A stretch of DNA of 64,000 bases from Octopus sinensis (lineage: Eukaryota), in assembly GCF_006345805.1 (NCBI RefSeq), contig NC_042998.1, positions 122,078,001 through 122,142,000 on the forward strand, in the 5' to 3' direction. Below the pieces are notes generated by a model that was given only the letters and a program-made list of their open reading frames with translations, had not been told where the DNA came from and did not search any database. Each line of letters begins with the position of its first letter. Position 1 is the stretch's first letter. A program made the position numbers and the translations under genes. Shown one piece after another: positions 36,686 to 49,023 of this stretch.

Positions 36686-38549
36686 TATAAAAGCTAAGAA
36701 TTATCTTGCAAATTGTTATCTGGGCAATGAATAGTTTGAAATGTTGAAATCTGTTTTAGTTTTAATAGTTTGATAATATCAATACATTACTGTTGAACAT
36801 TAACAGATTTTTTTGTTTGTTTGAATTAATGGAGAATACTATACAAAAAACTTGTGCACTTGGTACTTGACTTTATGGTAGTCTGCCAGTCAAGGGATCG
36901 ATTTTATCACTTTGCAGTTAGTGATGTACATGAAAAAGACAAAAGTGTATAAACTGAAGAGTGTTCCGTTTTGCTGTATTGAGCCCAAATCTTACAACAA
37001 TTAGAGCCTGTATGTAAGATATGTAGTGAATTCCTAGTTTAAATAGACTACAAAAGCAAAGTATTTGAGAACTGAACAACTTTGACTTCTGCTGACTTTA
37101 AGTCAATGATAGGGCCTCTAAATGGTCATCAGGAATTGCTAGACAAAACAACTTGCTAGACAAAATCTCACACAACCATCTTAAAAAAGTTCAGAATATA
37201 TTGGACAAGGTAGTCTTTTATACAAAAAAAAAAGGGAGTGGTCTTCTTGCTCTGGATTGAACCAGGGCTAAAACAATAGCAACAACAGGGATGATGACCT
37301 TTCAATAGAGCTATTTGCTTACAAAGTAACTGTTTATTGTGCAAGGACATGGGATAAAGAAATACATACCAATCCTTTTCATTATTATGTGCACATGCAA
37401 CCATTTAGATAAACATGCCTTATTATTTTACAATTTCAAAATAGTTCTTTAAATGCACCAAATTTCAGCCTTCAAATACTTTTCTACTCATGCAAAAGTT
37501 AAATGTACATCAAAGAGTACTGATAAGATATGTTGCTGTGTTATCTGGTGTGAATTCAGAGTGTTCTATATTAATTCCTATTTAATTAATTTTATTTATT
37601 ATATTAAATGTATTTAAATTGATATTTTATTTATATATACTGAGAGCAATCAAAATTTAATTTGTTTTTGCAGATCACAGACAAGAGTTTGGTCTAAGTT
37701 AAAGTATAGAATATTAAATAAACCTCAGTATAAAGCACTATACAAATGTTACATATTTTACTGAAATGTAATGGCACTTTCAGCACTAGTTGGATCTGAA
37801 AAATGAACGGCCATGTGCCAAAAGAGCTACAGCAAAACATGAAGCTTAGTGTTCTACCAACTCTACCATTTCCACTACAACTAAAATTGAATGTACTTCT
37901 GCAATAGAGAGTATAAAAGTTGAAGAGTTCATATGCAGACACAGAAGGAATCTAAAATAACTGGAGGAGTTAGAATGGCTTTCATGGAGTGTGTTAAAAG
38001 CAAGCAGACATATACACAGAACAACAGTTGAAACACCTGCTGTATGAGGATAAAAGTGGCATAAATCCTGCTTGTATTAATAGATCAATATATTTTCAAT
38101 GTTTAAAAGCTTCAACCTATAGCTTTCTTTCTCTCTCTCTCTCTCTCCTCCTTTCTTTAACACACTGGTAGTAAAATTGAACAGACTCAATGTAATAATC
38201 TGTAAGGGATGTAAACAGTGAGAGGTGGTAATGAAGACAAATAAATAGGTACTGAATAAAGGAATGATGTCTCATAAAAAAGAGAATAATGATTCAAATG
38301 AAATAATAATCTGTCTCTTTTCAAATGCTGTCAGATTTTGATGAAAGTTCCTTGATACCAAAGAGCTGTAACTAAGGAGTTGTTAACTAGTTTTCTGCAA
38401 TGACTGATATTTGTTAAGAACCACAGGCATGAAGGAATATTATCATCACCATCACCCCACCATCAAATTTTGTTAATGATGGAAATCAAAGCACTGTGCA
38501 AACACACACACACATGTACACATAAATATATATATATATAAATATATAT

Positions 38550-38743
38550 ATATAAATATATATTTGTGTGTGTCTGTGTTTGTCCCAATGTTGGTGTGTT
38601 TATGTCCCCCGTAACTTAGTGGTTTGGCAAAAGAGACCGATGAAATAGGTACCAGGCTTACAAAGAATAAGTCCTGGGGTTGATTTGTTTGACTAAAGCG
38701 GTGCTCCAGCATGGCTGCAGTCAAATGACTGAGACAAGTAAAA

Positions 38744-38748
<5 letters not shown>
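38550..38748 (+). mobile_element. SINE family B, tail only
   Basis: GTCCCCCGTAACTTAGTGGTTTGGCAAAAGAGACC...GACTGAGACAAGTAAAAGAAT. Confidence 0.75.
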
Positions 38749-38805
<57 letters not shown>

Positions 38806-39013
38806 TATAAAGTACACAAATGCCTCATATCCAGGCTTTATGTATTTAATAAACAAGAGTTAGAATTATTGGATAATTACATACTTTTCTAAAATTTGTT
38901 TAAAGGAGAACAGCTATATGAAAATTACTATAAAAATAAATAATCATTAGAATTTAATAAAACTAATACCGATGGGTTTTGACAAACAGAAAAAAAGAAT
39001 TAATATAGAATAT

Positions 39014-39060
<47 letters not shown>

Positions 39061-39124
39061 ATATATAAAACATGCATATATACATACATATATGTACATA
39101 CCTATATCTATATGTATATATACA

Positions 39125-39297
39125 TGCATACATGGGTACAGGACACCCAAAAGAAAACGTTGAACACAATGAGAAACGAAAACATAAAAACAAAAACATG
39201 GAAATGGACTTTTTTTGCTGAAACAGGGGCAACTGAAGAAGGGGAATATTCCTTGTGTTGTATGTCTTGTACTCTGTTTTTTCGTTGTTTGAAAAAT
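39125..39297. repeat. Interspersed repeat with an internal orientation switch, possibly Penelope-like
   Basis: A-rich left half then T-rich right half; GTACAGGACA at the left end is inverted to TGTCTTGTAC near the right end. Confidence 0.35.
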
Positions 39298-40605
39298 ATA
39301 TATATATATATATATTATATATAGAATTCAGTAAGAGATTATGTTAGCCTCATGAAGAGATGGTGTCATCCAGAGATTATGCTCAGAAATATGAATTTAA
39401 TATTAGATTTATTTCACTGCGTATAACTGAAACAGCTGTAAGGAATAATGATCGATTTGTTGCTTTTAATAAACTCTTATTAACTTCAAAATCTCCATTT
39501 TCTTCTTTTCCATATATATATATATATTCTATATTAATTCTTTTGTATTTTCTGTTCAGTGATGTCATGGTTTGATAGGATCCAATGTGTCTAAGGATTG
39601 TATTGAGCTCCAGTGTCATGGTTTTTATGGCTGGATGCCCTTCCTAATGCCAACCACTTTACAGCATCGACTGGATGCTTTTTATGTGTCACCTACACTA
39701 TTGAGGTTGTCCTGCAGTTTGAAAGACAAGCCCTGGGGGAGGTGAGGGCCGAGCAGGTTCATGAAGAGGGATCTGCATGGTTTCTCACATCTAGTACAGG
39801 AAATTTGGAGGAAAGAGAAAATGATCAGTAGGGGCTGCAAGATGTCATAAAGAGAAGAAATATGTAATGTTTCCTGTACCAGAGTCATTCATTGAAGAAT
39901 TATTTTCTGCTGAACAATTCTGCTCCTAAATATAAAGTAAACCTCCTTAAAGAAATCTAATATGTTACTTTTTTTTTTGTTTTTTTGGTTTAAGTGTTTC
40001 ATACTAATAATTACAGTTAGTGTATCAATTCTTACACTGCAAGCTGGAGTCATCCAGGTGTATGACTTTTATCCCTCAAGTCTTTAAACTACAATTTGTC
40101 AATAAGGACATTTTTGAAGAAGGGAAAAAAATAGACAGACAGAAATGATTAAACAAAAATGACATTTAAATAAACATATAGGAAATTTTTCTAAAATGTC
40201 TTTGAGAAGTAATTGAAAATTCAAAATTAGCAGAGAAATGGATGCCAAGAAGTAGAAGACAATAGGAAAAGGATTATTATGTGTGATTATTATGTGTGCA
40301 CACCCCAAAGCAAAAAACAAGAAATAACATCCAGTAAATTGATAACATTATGCTTGTTTTGAATCCTTAGGTATTCAAAATAGTTGCAGACAGTACTGCT
40401 GTATTTGTGGCGTCATCAGTAGAGTATTGTTAGAGATTTCCATACTACATTAACAACAGTAATAATTTATTTTGTAGGCACTAGTTGAATAGACTGACAG
40501 ACATGTCTAAATATATACAAGATAAAGACATAGATATACAGTAGACAGACCTATAGACATACATGTGTACAAACATACATACATGTATTAATAAAAAAAC
40601 AAATA

Positions 40606-40779
40606 TAGGCACAGGCATTGCGGTGTGCTAAGATGCTTGCTTCTCAACCACATGGTTCTGGGTTCAGTCCCTTGAGCAAGTGTTTTCCACTATAGCTTCA
40701 GGCTAACCAAAGCCTCGTGAGTGGATTTGGTAGACAGAAACAGAACGAAGCCTGTTGTATATATGTATATGCATATATA

Positions 40780-40853
<74 letters not shown>

Positions 40854-41108
40854 CACACACATACATACAAGTGTGTGTTTATGAGAGTGTGTGTTTATGA
40901 GAGTGTGTGTGTGTGTCTTTGCATCTGTGTTTATTCTCCACCATCACTTGACAACTGGTACTGGTGTACTTACATCCCTGTAATTTGATGGAATAAGTAA
41001 CCAGGCTTGAAACAAAAAAGACTGGAATTGATTCATTTGACTAAAAATTCTTCAAGGCAGTGCTCCAACATGGTCACAGTCTAATGACTGAAATAAGTAC
41101 AAGATAAA
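40606..41108 (+). mobile_element. SINE family B with expanded (GT)/(TA) spacer
   Basis: Head GGCACAGGCATTGCGGTGTGCTAAGATGCTTGCTTCTCAACCAC...; tail GGCAGTGCTCCAACATGGTCACAGTCTAATGACTGAAA. Confidence 0.8.
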
Positions 41109-41533
41109 GCTAAAAGATATGTCAACATGTACTCATAGAGTTAAGCAGGTATTACATCGATATATAATTATAGCCATGCAGACTCAAAAACGTGTACACA
41201 CACAAAATCATACAATCGTTACATATTGCACACAGAAACACAACTGTCTCTAGTAATCTGTACCTAGGTTGTAAATTAGGAATGTTTCAGAACATAATTA
41301 AGAATGATAAATTAAGAATGATCTTGCAGTGTAGGCAACCAGAAAGGAAAGTAATACCACCAATAACATCATCATGCTTTTGATAATAGTTCACAGTGGG
41401 TCAGAAGATATCAAGGCTGCTAACAGCTTGTTTAACCTGTTAGGACACTGAAGTTTAACTTGGACAGCACCTTTCTCAATATCATTTTGCATCAACGTAA
41501 CACACTCTTTTAGATATGTATACATACTTTCTA

Positions 41534-41582
<49 letters not shown>

Positions 41583-41586
<4 letters not shown>

Positions 41587-43512
41587 TTCTATTCTTATGC
41601 AAATAAGCATAGAACCACTGTCTCACCTATTGGGCCATTGATTGATGAAAACGGCATTCCCCAACACGATGCTAAGAAATGGCAGAAATACTGCAGAAAC
41701 AATATTGCTCTGTCTTCAGTGTTCCCACTGATATTGTTGTGAGGGAACGAACGAAGCTGACTCCCAACACAAAATCGCAGACATAACCTTCACTGCCACC
41801 GACATCGTAGCAGCAATAAATGAGGTCAAACATTACTCCGCTGTAGGCCCTGATAGATTTCCCGCCAGTCTCCTGAAGGAATGTAGATATCAACTTGCAG
41901 TCCCTCTGATCAACCTCTGGAGAAACTCGTTAGACGCAGGTTATATACCGAAAAAGTTTCTATCCCAGTCGGTCATCCCGGTTTTCAAACAGGGAAACAG
42001 ATCCCTCGCAGTCAACTATCGCCCAATCTCACTCACCTCCCACATCATTAAAGTGTTTGAAAGAGTGTTAAGATCAAGGATAGCTGACTTCCTGGAGACC
42101 CACAAACTCCTAAATTCAAATCAACATGGCTTTCGCTGTGGCAGGGACTGTCTACACAGCTCTTACACCACATTGAAGATGTACTCAAAGCCTTGGGAAC
42201 AGGTTCGAACTCTGACGTCATATACCTTGACTTCAGTAAAGCGTTCGACAGGGTAGACCATAACATCCTACTCTCAAAATTGGCAAATGTTGGAATCCGT
42301 GGAAAAGTTCTACACTGGATTCAGTATTTCCTAGAGAATAGAACACAACATGTTGTAGTTGATGGAGTCCACTCAAACCCAGCAAAAGTCACCAGCGGTG
42401 TTCCCCAGGGAACTGTTTTGGGTCCGCTACTCTTCATAATTTATGTAAACGACCTTTCCAGTGTCGTACATCACTGCAAAGTGAAAATATTCGCTGATGA
42501 CACTAAGCTCCAGCAAATCGTCAATGAAGAAGCAGACCGAACTCAACTCCAGTCTGACCTATATGCTGTGAGTCAATGGGCAGACAGAAACAAAATGCAA
42601 CTGAATGAGGGAAAATTTGAGCTGATGCATTTTGGAAGAAATTCCTCACTAAAGCAACCATACTCTCTTCCTTCAGGGGAACCGCTCACAGCCTCTAACA
42701 ATATCAGAGACCTGGGTGTAATTGTTGATGACGATCTCAGTTGGAGCGCACACATCAATAAGAAGGTCGATACAGCTCGTAGGATGAGTTCCTGGATCTT
42801 AAGAACTTTCCGGTCCAGAGAACAAGGTGTCATCATACCACTTTTTTCATCCTTTGTACGGCCACACCTTGAATACTGCTGCCCACTGTGGTCTCCTCAC
42901 ACAAGACAAAACATCTCCAGAATTGAGTCACCCCAGAGGGCTCTCACTAAACAAATTGAAGGCATGGCTGCTCTCGACTATTGGGATCGCCTTAAAGCCT
43001 TGAAACTTTACTCCCTCCAGCGTCGCCGTGAGCGGTACATCATTTGTACGATGTGGAAAATATACCGCCAACTTTGCCCAAACGACCTAAACATTAGCTT
43101 CAAGGTTCATCCGAGACTTGGACCACGGGCTATATGTCCCCTGCCAATTCAAGATCACAACATACATGTACACTGCAACATAATTTCTTTTCCTCAACAG
43201 GCCCTGCCCTATTTAACATTGTCCCGAGGGAGATCAAAGAGGAAAAGGATCCCATCAACTTCAAACAGAGTCTGGATAGATTCCTTCAAAGAATACCAGA
43301 CAAGCCACCCATAATTGGATACAACTCACCCAACAAGAACTCACTACTTGAACAAAACTGGATACAACTCACCCAACAAGAACTCACTACTTGAACAAAA
43401 CTTGACTTAAACAGGATTCGAATAATCCTATCAGGTGGTGCTATTAAGTTAGACATGGCCTGGACCAATCTCTGGTCGAAACATATCTAAGTTTTTATCT
43501 AAGTTTTTTTTT
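41583..43512 (+). mobile_element. 5'-truncated CR1-group LINE, reverse transcriptase region with frameshifts
   Basis: FYSYANK..IGPL, NYRPISLTSHIIKVFE, QHGFR, YLDFSKAFD, GVPQGTVLGPLLF, IFADDTKL, RDLGV, RPHLEYCCPLWSP, LYSLQRRRER, IPDKP. Frameshifts near 41680, 41750, 42153 and 43140. 3' tail ATCTAAGTTTTT twice; inserted in a (TA)n tract. Confidence 0.92.
42193..43314 (+). pseudogene. Longest open fragment of the LINE reverse transcriptase
   Basis: 373-aa ORF with the central and C-terminal RT motifs including the catalytic FADD. No endonuclease domain and no authentic start. Confidence 0.88.
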
Positions 43513-43524
43513 ATATATATATGT

Positions 43525-43860
43525 CTATTTGTTATCTATTTCTAGATCTTTACATTTGAGTAATTTATGTATTTCTTTTAGCAAAGCTTTGTCTGATGGG
43601 ACTGACAGCTTGATTAAGAAGCACATTTCTTCCTGGTGGTCCTTGACAACAGCCAATTTATTAGCTTTAGGTTTCCTGTCTATGTGTACTGGCATGTTGC
43701 AGTGCCTGTCTGGTCACTTTATCATTCTCTGAGACCTTTTCTGGTGTATCTTTTAACCACCATTTTCTCTCTTGGTTGATGTTCAGCCCCATGTTATACC
43801 TGATGGAGCAGCCACAACTATCCAATATTTTTTCTATGTACACATAATCTTGAACCACTT
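43525..43860 (-). pseudogene. R4/NeSL-like restriction-like endonuclease relic
   Basis: WWLKDTPEKVSENDKVT, then MPVHIDRKPKANKLAVVKDHQEEMCFLIKLSVPSDK...KCKDLEI. Confidence 0.7.
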
Positions 43861-44221
43861 TTCTCAAAGTGACCTTCTCTAATTTGGCACTGTGTGATTT
43901 GAAAGAGATTTGGTTGAGTCACCATATTCAGGCTTTCTTTGTTGGTATTTCATGATATTGATGTTATGTAATTTCCACTGTATGAAAGCCACGACTCTAT
44001 CATACCTGTAAATGTATTCTTTCTTAGTTAAAACTGGGTAGCCAGAGAAAATGTGGTTAATTGTTTATTCCCAACCTCCACATATTCTGCAGTTACTTAA
44101 TGTATTCTGCTTCATTACATGCTTTTGGTAGTTTCTGGTAGAAGGGCTTTGATCTTATGCTGCAATTATTATTATATAATACCATTATTACATAATGTTG
44201 TTGTTATTATTGCTATTGGTG

Positions 44222-44273
<52 letters not shown>

Positions 44274-46110
44274 GCAACACATACTCAAAATTAATAACCT
44301 GACTTCTCCCAAGATAATAGGATTGGAACAAACAAAACAACAACTACAGCCACAAATATATATGGTAATTTGCTTGAAGCAATATTAAATAAATGTAAGG
44401 AAGTATATTATAATGCAAAAACCAAAAACAATGCTGGCAAAGTAATGAAATCTCATTCGATATTTTGGTTACAAAATACCCTGATTTTGAATATAATTTC
44501 ACAGGGAAAGGAAGTGTAATAAAAAGAAACTAACAATACTAAAGATAGCTATTATGATATACATTGGTGAGTTGTAAACACTAAATTTGAATTAACCAAT
44601 GAAAGTGAAGCAACTTAAAGAGGTTGTTAAACTTTGGTTGAAATCGTTTGATGATGATCACCTCTTTAATTCTTAGGTTGCTGACATTTCACTCTGCAGC
44701 TTTGATCACGACTGATTTTTTTTCTCTTAAGGCATCTTGTCATAGATAACATGTTCACATATAGATATTCTGTGATTGCTAATAATATAGACTTTACTGC
44801 ATAAATGTGACAAAGTTTATATCATTACTACTATATATGTGTATCAATGAAGATCCAATAATGGATACGATTCTAGCCAAAACTTCTCAGACAAATTAAA
44901 AAGGTTAGTTTCCATTAAGGCTGCAGACAGAAAATCTTTCTATTGAGATGTTTTCTTATTGCAGTTTATTTCCTAGAGATGTATTCACAATCAGAGACTT
45001 TTTGACCAACACATTGAATAAAATTTTCTTTATTTCATTATTAGCTTTCTTTTAGATTTCTCAGATGATCAGGTACAATTCTCTAAAAGTTTAGCAGATT
45101 GAAGTTTGTTGAATTAAGAGTAATCTATGGGTGGTGTCTATGGAAAAGGCATGAACATCACAACTGCCATTCCAACTCATCTACAAATCTGAGGCTAAAT
45201 GTCTTTCTAATAAATCATATATCATCTTTTTCAGTGTTTAATGATAATAATGATGACATGATATATGAATGCTTATGTAGCCATAAAATCACAGATTTAT
45301 GGACAGACAGAAATACTATGTGTGTGTTTGTATGCGTGTATGTATGAGAGAGAGAAAGAGAGAGGAAGAAAGTAATAGAGAGAGATGGGGAGAGAAAGGG
45401 GTGACAAAGAGCAAGAGAGAGAGAGAGAAAATAATGGGTGGAGTTGCTAGACGATGAGTTATGTTATTAATCATCAAAGCAGAAGTGTGACCCTACCCCA
45501 TTCCATAATTGCTAACAGAAAAATCTAACCATTACTCCATATATGTCTCGCAATGACGACTGTTCCTCATTAATATTCTAACAGCTGTCTTTCCCATGAC
45601 TGCTGAGAGATAATTCTCTTCAGAGATACTTTCACTGTCTTTGGTTAACAAGAAAGAAAAGACTATCTTAAACTTTAAATTGTGAATAAGTTCAGATATC
45701 TCCTCTACTGCAGGAAAGCTGTCCCAGCCACTTCTTCCATGTTTTAACCTCTCATACCCCAGCATAAAGCTGCGTCTCTCTCTACTGTAGTTCCACTCAG
45801 GTATAAGGGATTTTAGTTTTGCAACTACAGTAGTACTGGTGCCACAAAAAAAAAAAAAGCATCAAGTACATTCTGTACAGTGACTGATGTTAGGAAGGGC
45901 ATTCAGCTGTAGACACTACCTTAAAGCAGATATTGGAGCATGACACAGTCCTCCAGCCTGTTGGATCCTTTCAAACCATGGAAAGCAATGATGTATATAT
46001 GTAGTGTCATTGTATAAAGAGACCATGTGGTTAAAGTATTGGGATTTCTATGCAAAACAAACTAAAAAAACAACTAGTTTTGACTGGTTATTGCTATTTC
46101 ATTAAGATAT

Positions 46111-46331
46111 ATTTCTTTACTGCCCACAAAGGGACTAAACATAGAGGGGACAAACAAGGACAGACAAAGGGATTAAGTCGATTGCATCGACCTCAGTGCG
46201 AAACTGACACTTTATTTATCAACCCCGAAAGGATGAAAGGCAAAGTCAACCTCGGCGGAATTTGAACTCAGAACGTAACGACAGATGAAATACCACTAAG
46301 CATTTCGCCTGGTGCACTAACGTGTCTGCCA
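46111..46331 (-). mobile_element. SINE family A with alternative tail and 13-bp TSD
   Basis: TSD TTCATTAAGATAT at 46098-46110 and 46332-46344. Minus-strand tail GTCTGTCCTTGTTTGTCCCCTCTATGTTTAGTCCCTTTGTGGGCAGTAAAGAAAT. Confidence 0.9.
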
Positions 46332-47312
46332 TTCATTAAGATATAGCAATAACCATGTTTGTGAGAGCAAGCAGCTTACAGATTACTTACAAAGAATGCA
46401 ACACATAACAGGTGCCAGTTTTACTCTTTTGTATATATTTTCTGTGAGTGTACATTAGCTATTAATAACTAAAACAATGCTGAGAGTTTTTTCAGCTTCA
46501 TCTTGCAGTGGGTGCTCTGTGACTTAACCATAGAGTCTATGACAACAATGCTACATGTTTTATGTTTCTTAAACATACATGTTAACTTATTCACAATTCA
46601 TCCACACACCATTTTTATTAGTTATATGACGTGATTTCATATATCAGTCTTTTCATAAAGAAAGTAAAAATGGCTAAGTGGTGAGTGTGTAGAGAAACTA
46701 ACCAAAAAGTCAATTGCAGTATTGTCACTGCATTGTATTCTGTTCTGTGACCATGACACTTTTGATGGCCAATTTTATGTTTGTTTAACTGTTAAAACAG
46801 TTGAAAAAGCAAATATTATGTAACAGTAAACAAAGCAAACCTATGACCAAAGGTGTTGCAACCATGATCATTCCATCTTTTACAAACATGATGCATTTAA
46901 GATTAAATTATATAATGTATCGGTCTTATTTTTAAGTTGGTGGGATGTGGTGGAATTTCAGAGATTTGGGTACTATTCCTAGCATGTTCAATATACAGGT
47001 TGGTGAATTAATTTTAGGACAAGATAGCTTGGAGAATGCTGTGGAAATATTAGCGAGAATATACACCCAACTATGCACATATTTTTAATATTTGTCATAT
47101 TTTCAAAGACCTTAGAACAGCATACAAAACAGTTGGAACTACTTTCTACAGCGTTTCATTTGGAGATATTTTGAAGCTAATTTTACTTGACAAGTTTGTG
47201 AAAGCTATCTTTTAGGCTTGTCAAACAAAATCAAAGAGTGGCATGGATAAAGTAACAAAACACAGGCAACAACTTACTCTCTTATTTCACTGACAATGTA
47301 TGCATGTATGTA

Positions 47313-47355
<43 letters not shown>

Positions 47356-47383
47356 GTGTGTACGTATGTGTGGTGTGTACATA

Positions 47384-47422
<39 letters not shown>

Positions 47423-47647
47423 CTTCACAAACATATGCATATAATGATGACTTACTAAAAAAGAATTGAATATCAATTTTTCTTTTTACCTAGTAAAAAT
47501 ATAATTCAATAATAGGAACAGACCTGAATATTAGTTTCCTTTTTTACCCAGTATAACACAATGCTTTCACTTTAACTGGATATTTCCCTGCTAAAACATG
47601 TAACAAAAGATTTCACTTAGGTCAAAGCCTTTATTTATTTATATATA

Positions 47648-48035
47648 TACTAGCAGTATCGCCCGGCATTGCTCGGGTTTGTAAGGGAAATAACTATATA
47701 AGAATTTTTAGAGAGTTATAGCCAAAAAATAGAAAAAAAATGCATTAAAAATGGAAAAAAAATGATGGTAAATTTTTTTTTAAATCGTTGACTCATCGTA
47801 GACATTTTTAGAGAGTTACTTCCCTTATACTTGTATAATAGCGAAAAGATGCATTAAAATGGAAAAAAATGATGGTAAATTCTTTTTAAAATCGTAGACT
47901 CATCATAGACGCACGCTAATACCCAGAAGGGCTTGATATGAATGACGACTATAAGATACCTGGTTTTGGTTAAACTGCACTGCAAAATGTGGGAGTAGTT
48001 AGGAATCTAAATCGTAGGAGACAGACACACAACTT
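47648..48035 (+). mobile_element. DINE-1/HINE-like non-autonomous rolling-circle element, copy 1
   Basis: Starts TACTAG...CCCGGCATTGCTCGGGTT in a (TA)n tract, has an internal duplication of roughly 120 bp, and ends GACAGACACACAACTT. Highly similar to 49024-49346. Confidence 0.55.
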
Positions 48036-48305
48036 ACTGGTCTGACTACGCTACATTGAAGAGGGGCAATACCCCGAAACGCGTCTGTAGCTGTCGATCA
48101 AGTAGTGTGGAGCGACTGACCTCCCTTGTTCGAAGGTTATATGGATACAGTTTGTGTATCAAATAGCTAACTTAAGGCGATGGCCTCATGGAGCTAATAA
48201 GCAGACAGCTTTATTCTTATTTTTATAAGAATGCCATATTAGTATGGCGATAACTATTATTTTCCAGGAACGCTGCCGTGATCTCTTTTAGAGAGACTTA
48301 GTAAT
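48036..48305 (+). mobile_element. Structured insertion carrying the hammerhead (Penelope-like pLTR or retrozyme-like)
   Basis: Replaces the normal 3' end of the HINE-like element when compared with copy 2; retains CpGs; contains several perfect hairpins. Confidence 0.5.
48050..48091 (+). ncRNA. Candidate type I hammerhead ribozyme (U3 variant, palindromic stem III)
   Basis: GCTACA / TTGAAGA / GGGG-CAATA-CCCC / GAA / ACGCGT / C / TGTAGC: 6-bp stem I, 4-bp stem II, GUC cleavage triplet with predicted cut after 48085. The only core deviation is C3 to U. Confidence 0.7.
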
Positions 48306-48726
48306 TTTAATATTTCTATTATATATATATATATATAAATGAATGCTTTGACCTAAGTGGATATATATATATATTCTATCTACTATTTTATTCCTTATAA
48401 ACAGTGAATTTCCCTGTTTGAATCTTTCATAGATACCTTGTCTCTGAGTGTACAGAAACAGGTGTAAGACTTTAAATTCACCATACCCTAATTAAATATA
48501 GTAAATGACTTAAGATACCTGCCCTGCCTTGGTTTTTGTTATCCTTTTTCCTCTAATATAATATATATACCTGCTAACTCAGAAGCATAATGCGGATTCC
48601 TAGCTCCAGCCTCAGCTGTGAATTTGGAATCTAACAGATCACCATTTATAGCACTTACTCATCGTACCTATTCATTTAGATCATCAGTGAACTAAAGCCC
48701 TCATAATCTTTATATATATATATATA

Positions 48727-48886
48727 CTTTATTTAAAAGCAGCAGAAATATAACAAAAGCTGTTACTCAGAGATTCACGCTCCCGTTCGTTGGATGTTTT
48801 TTTTTTTTAACAAAACTGTCCGACGAACAGGAACATGATACTCTGAATAACAGCTTTTGTTATATTTCTGCTGCTTTTAAATAAAG
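48727..48886. repeat. 160-bp palindrome (46-bp near-perfect outer arms plus diverged inner arms)
   Basis: 48727-48772 versus 48841-48886 show one mismatch. Inner arms differ largely by CpG-type transitions. T-rich spacer. Confidence 0.9.
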
Positions 48887-48987
48887 CATATTACTCTCCC
48901 TCTGGTATTTGAGTACTCTTTTTTCCACCTTGTTTCACATTTATGTGCTTACTCTGGTGTATATATATATATTAATCTATCTATATC

Positions 48988-49019
<32 letters not shown>

Positions 49020-49023
49020 TATA

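Noticed and set aside
39225-39262. CTGAAGA followed by a hairpin (AGG...CCT)
   Set aside because: No GAAA, stem III or cleavage triplet follows; at most half a hammerhead.
45532-45765. 77-aa minus-strand ORF with faint LINE endonuclease resemblance
   Set aside because: No diagnostic motif such as GDFN or SDH; similarity too weak to call.
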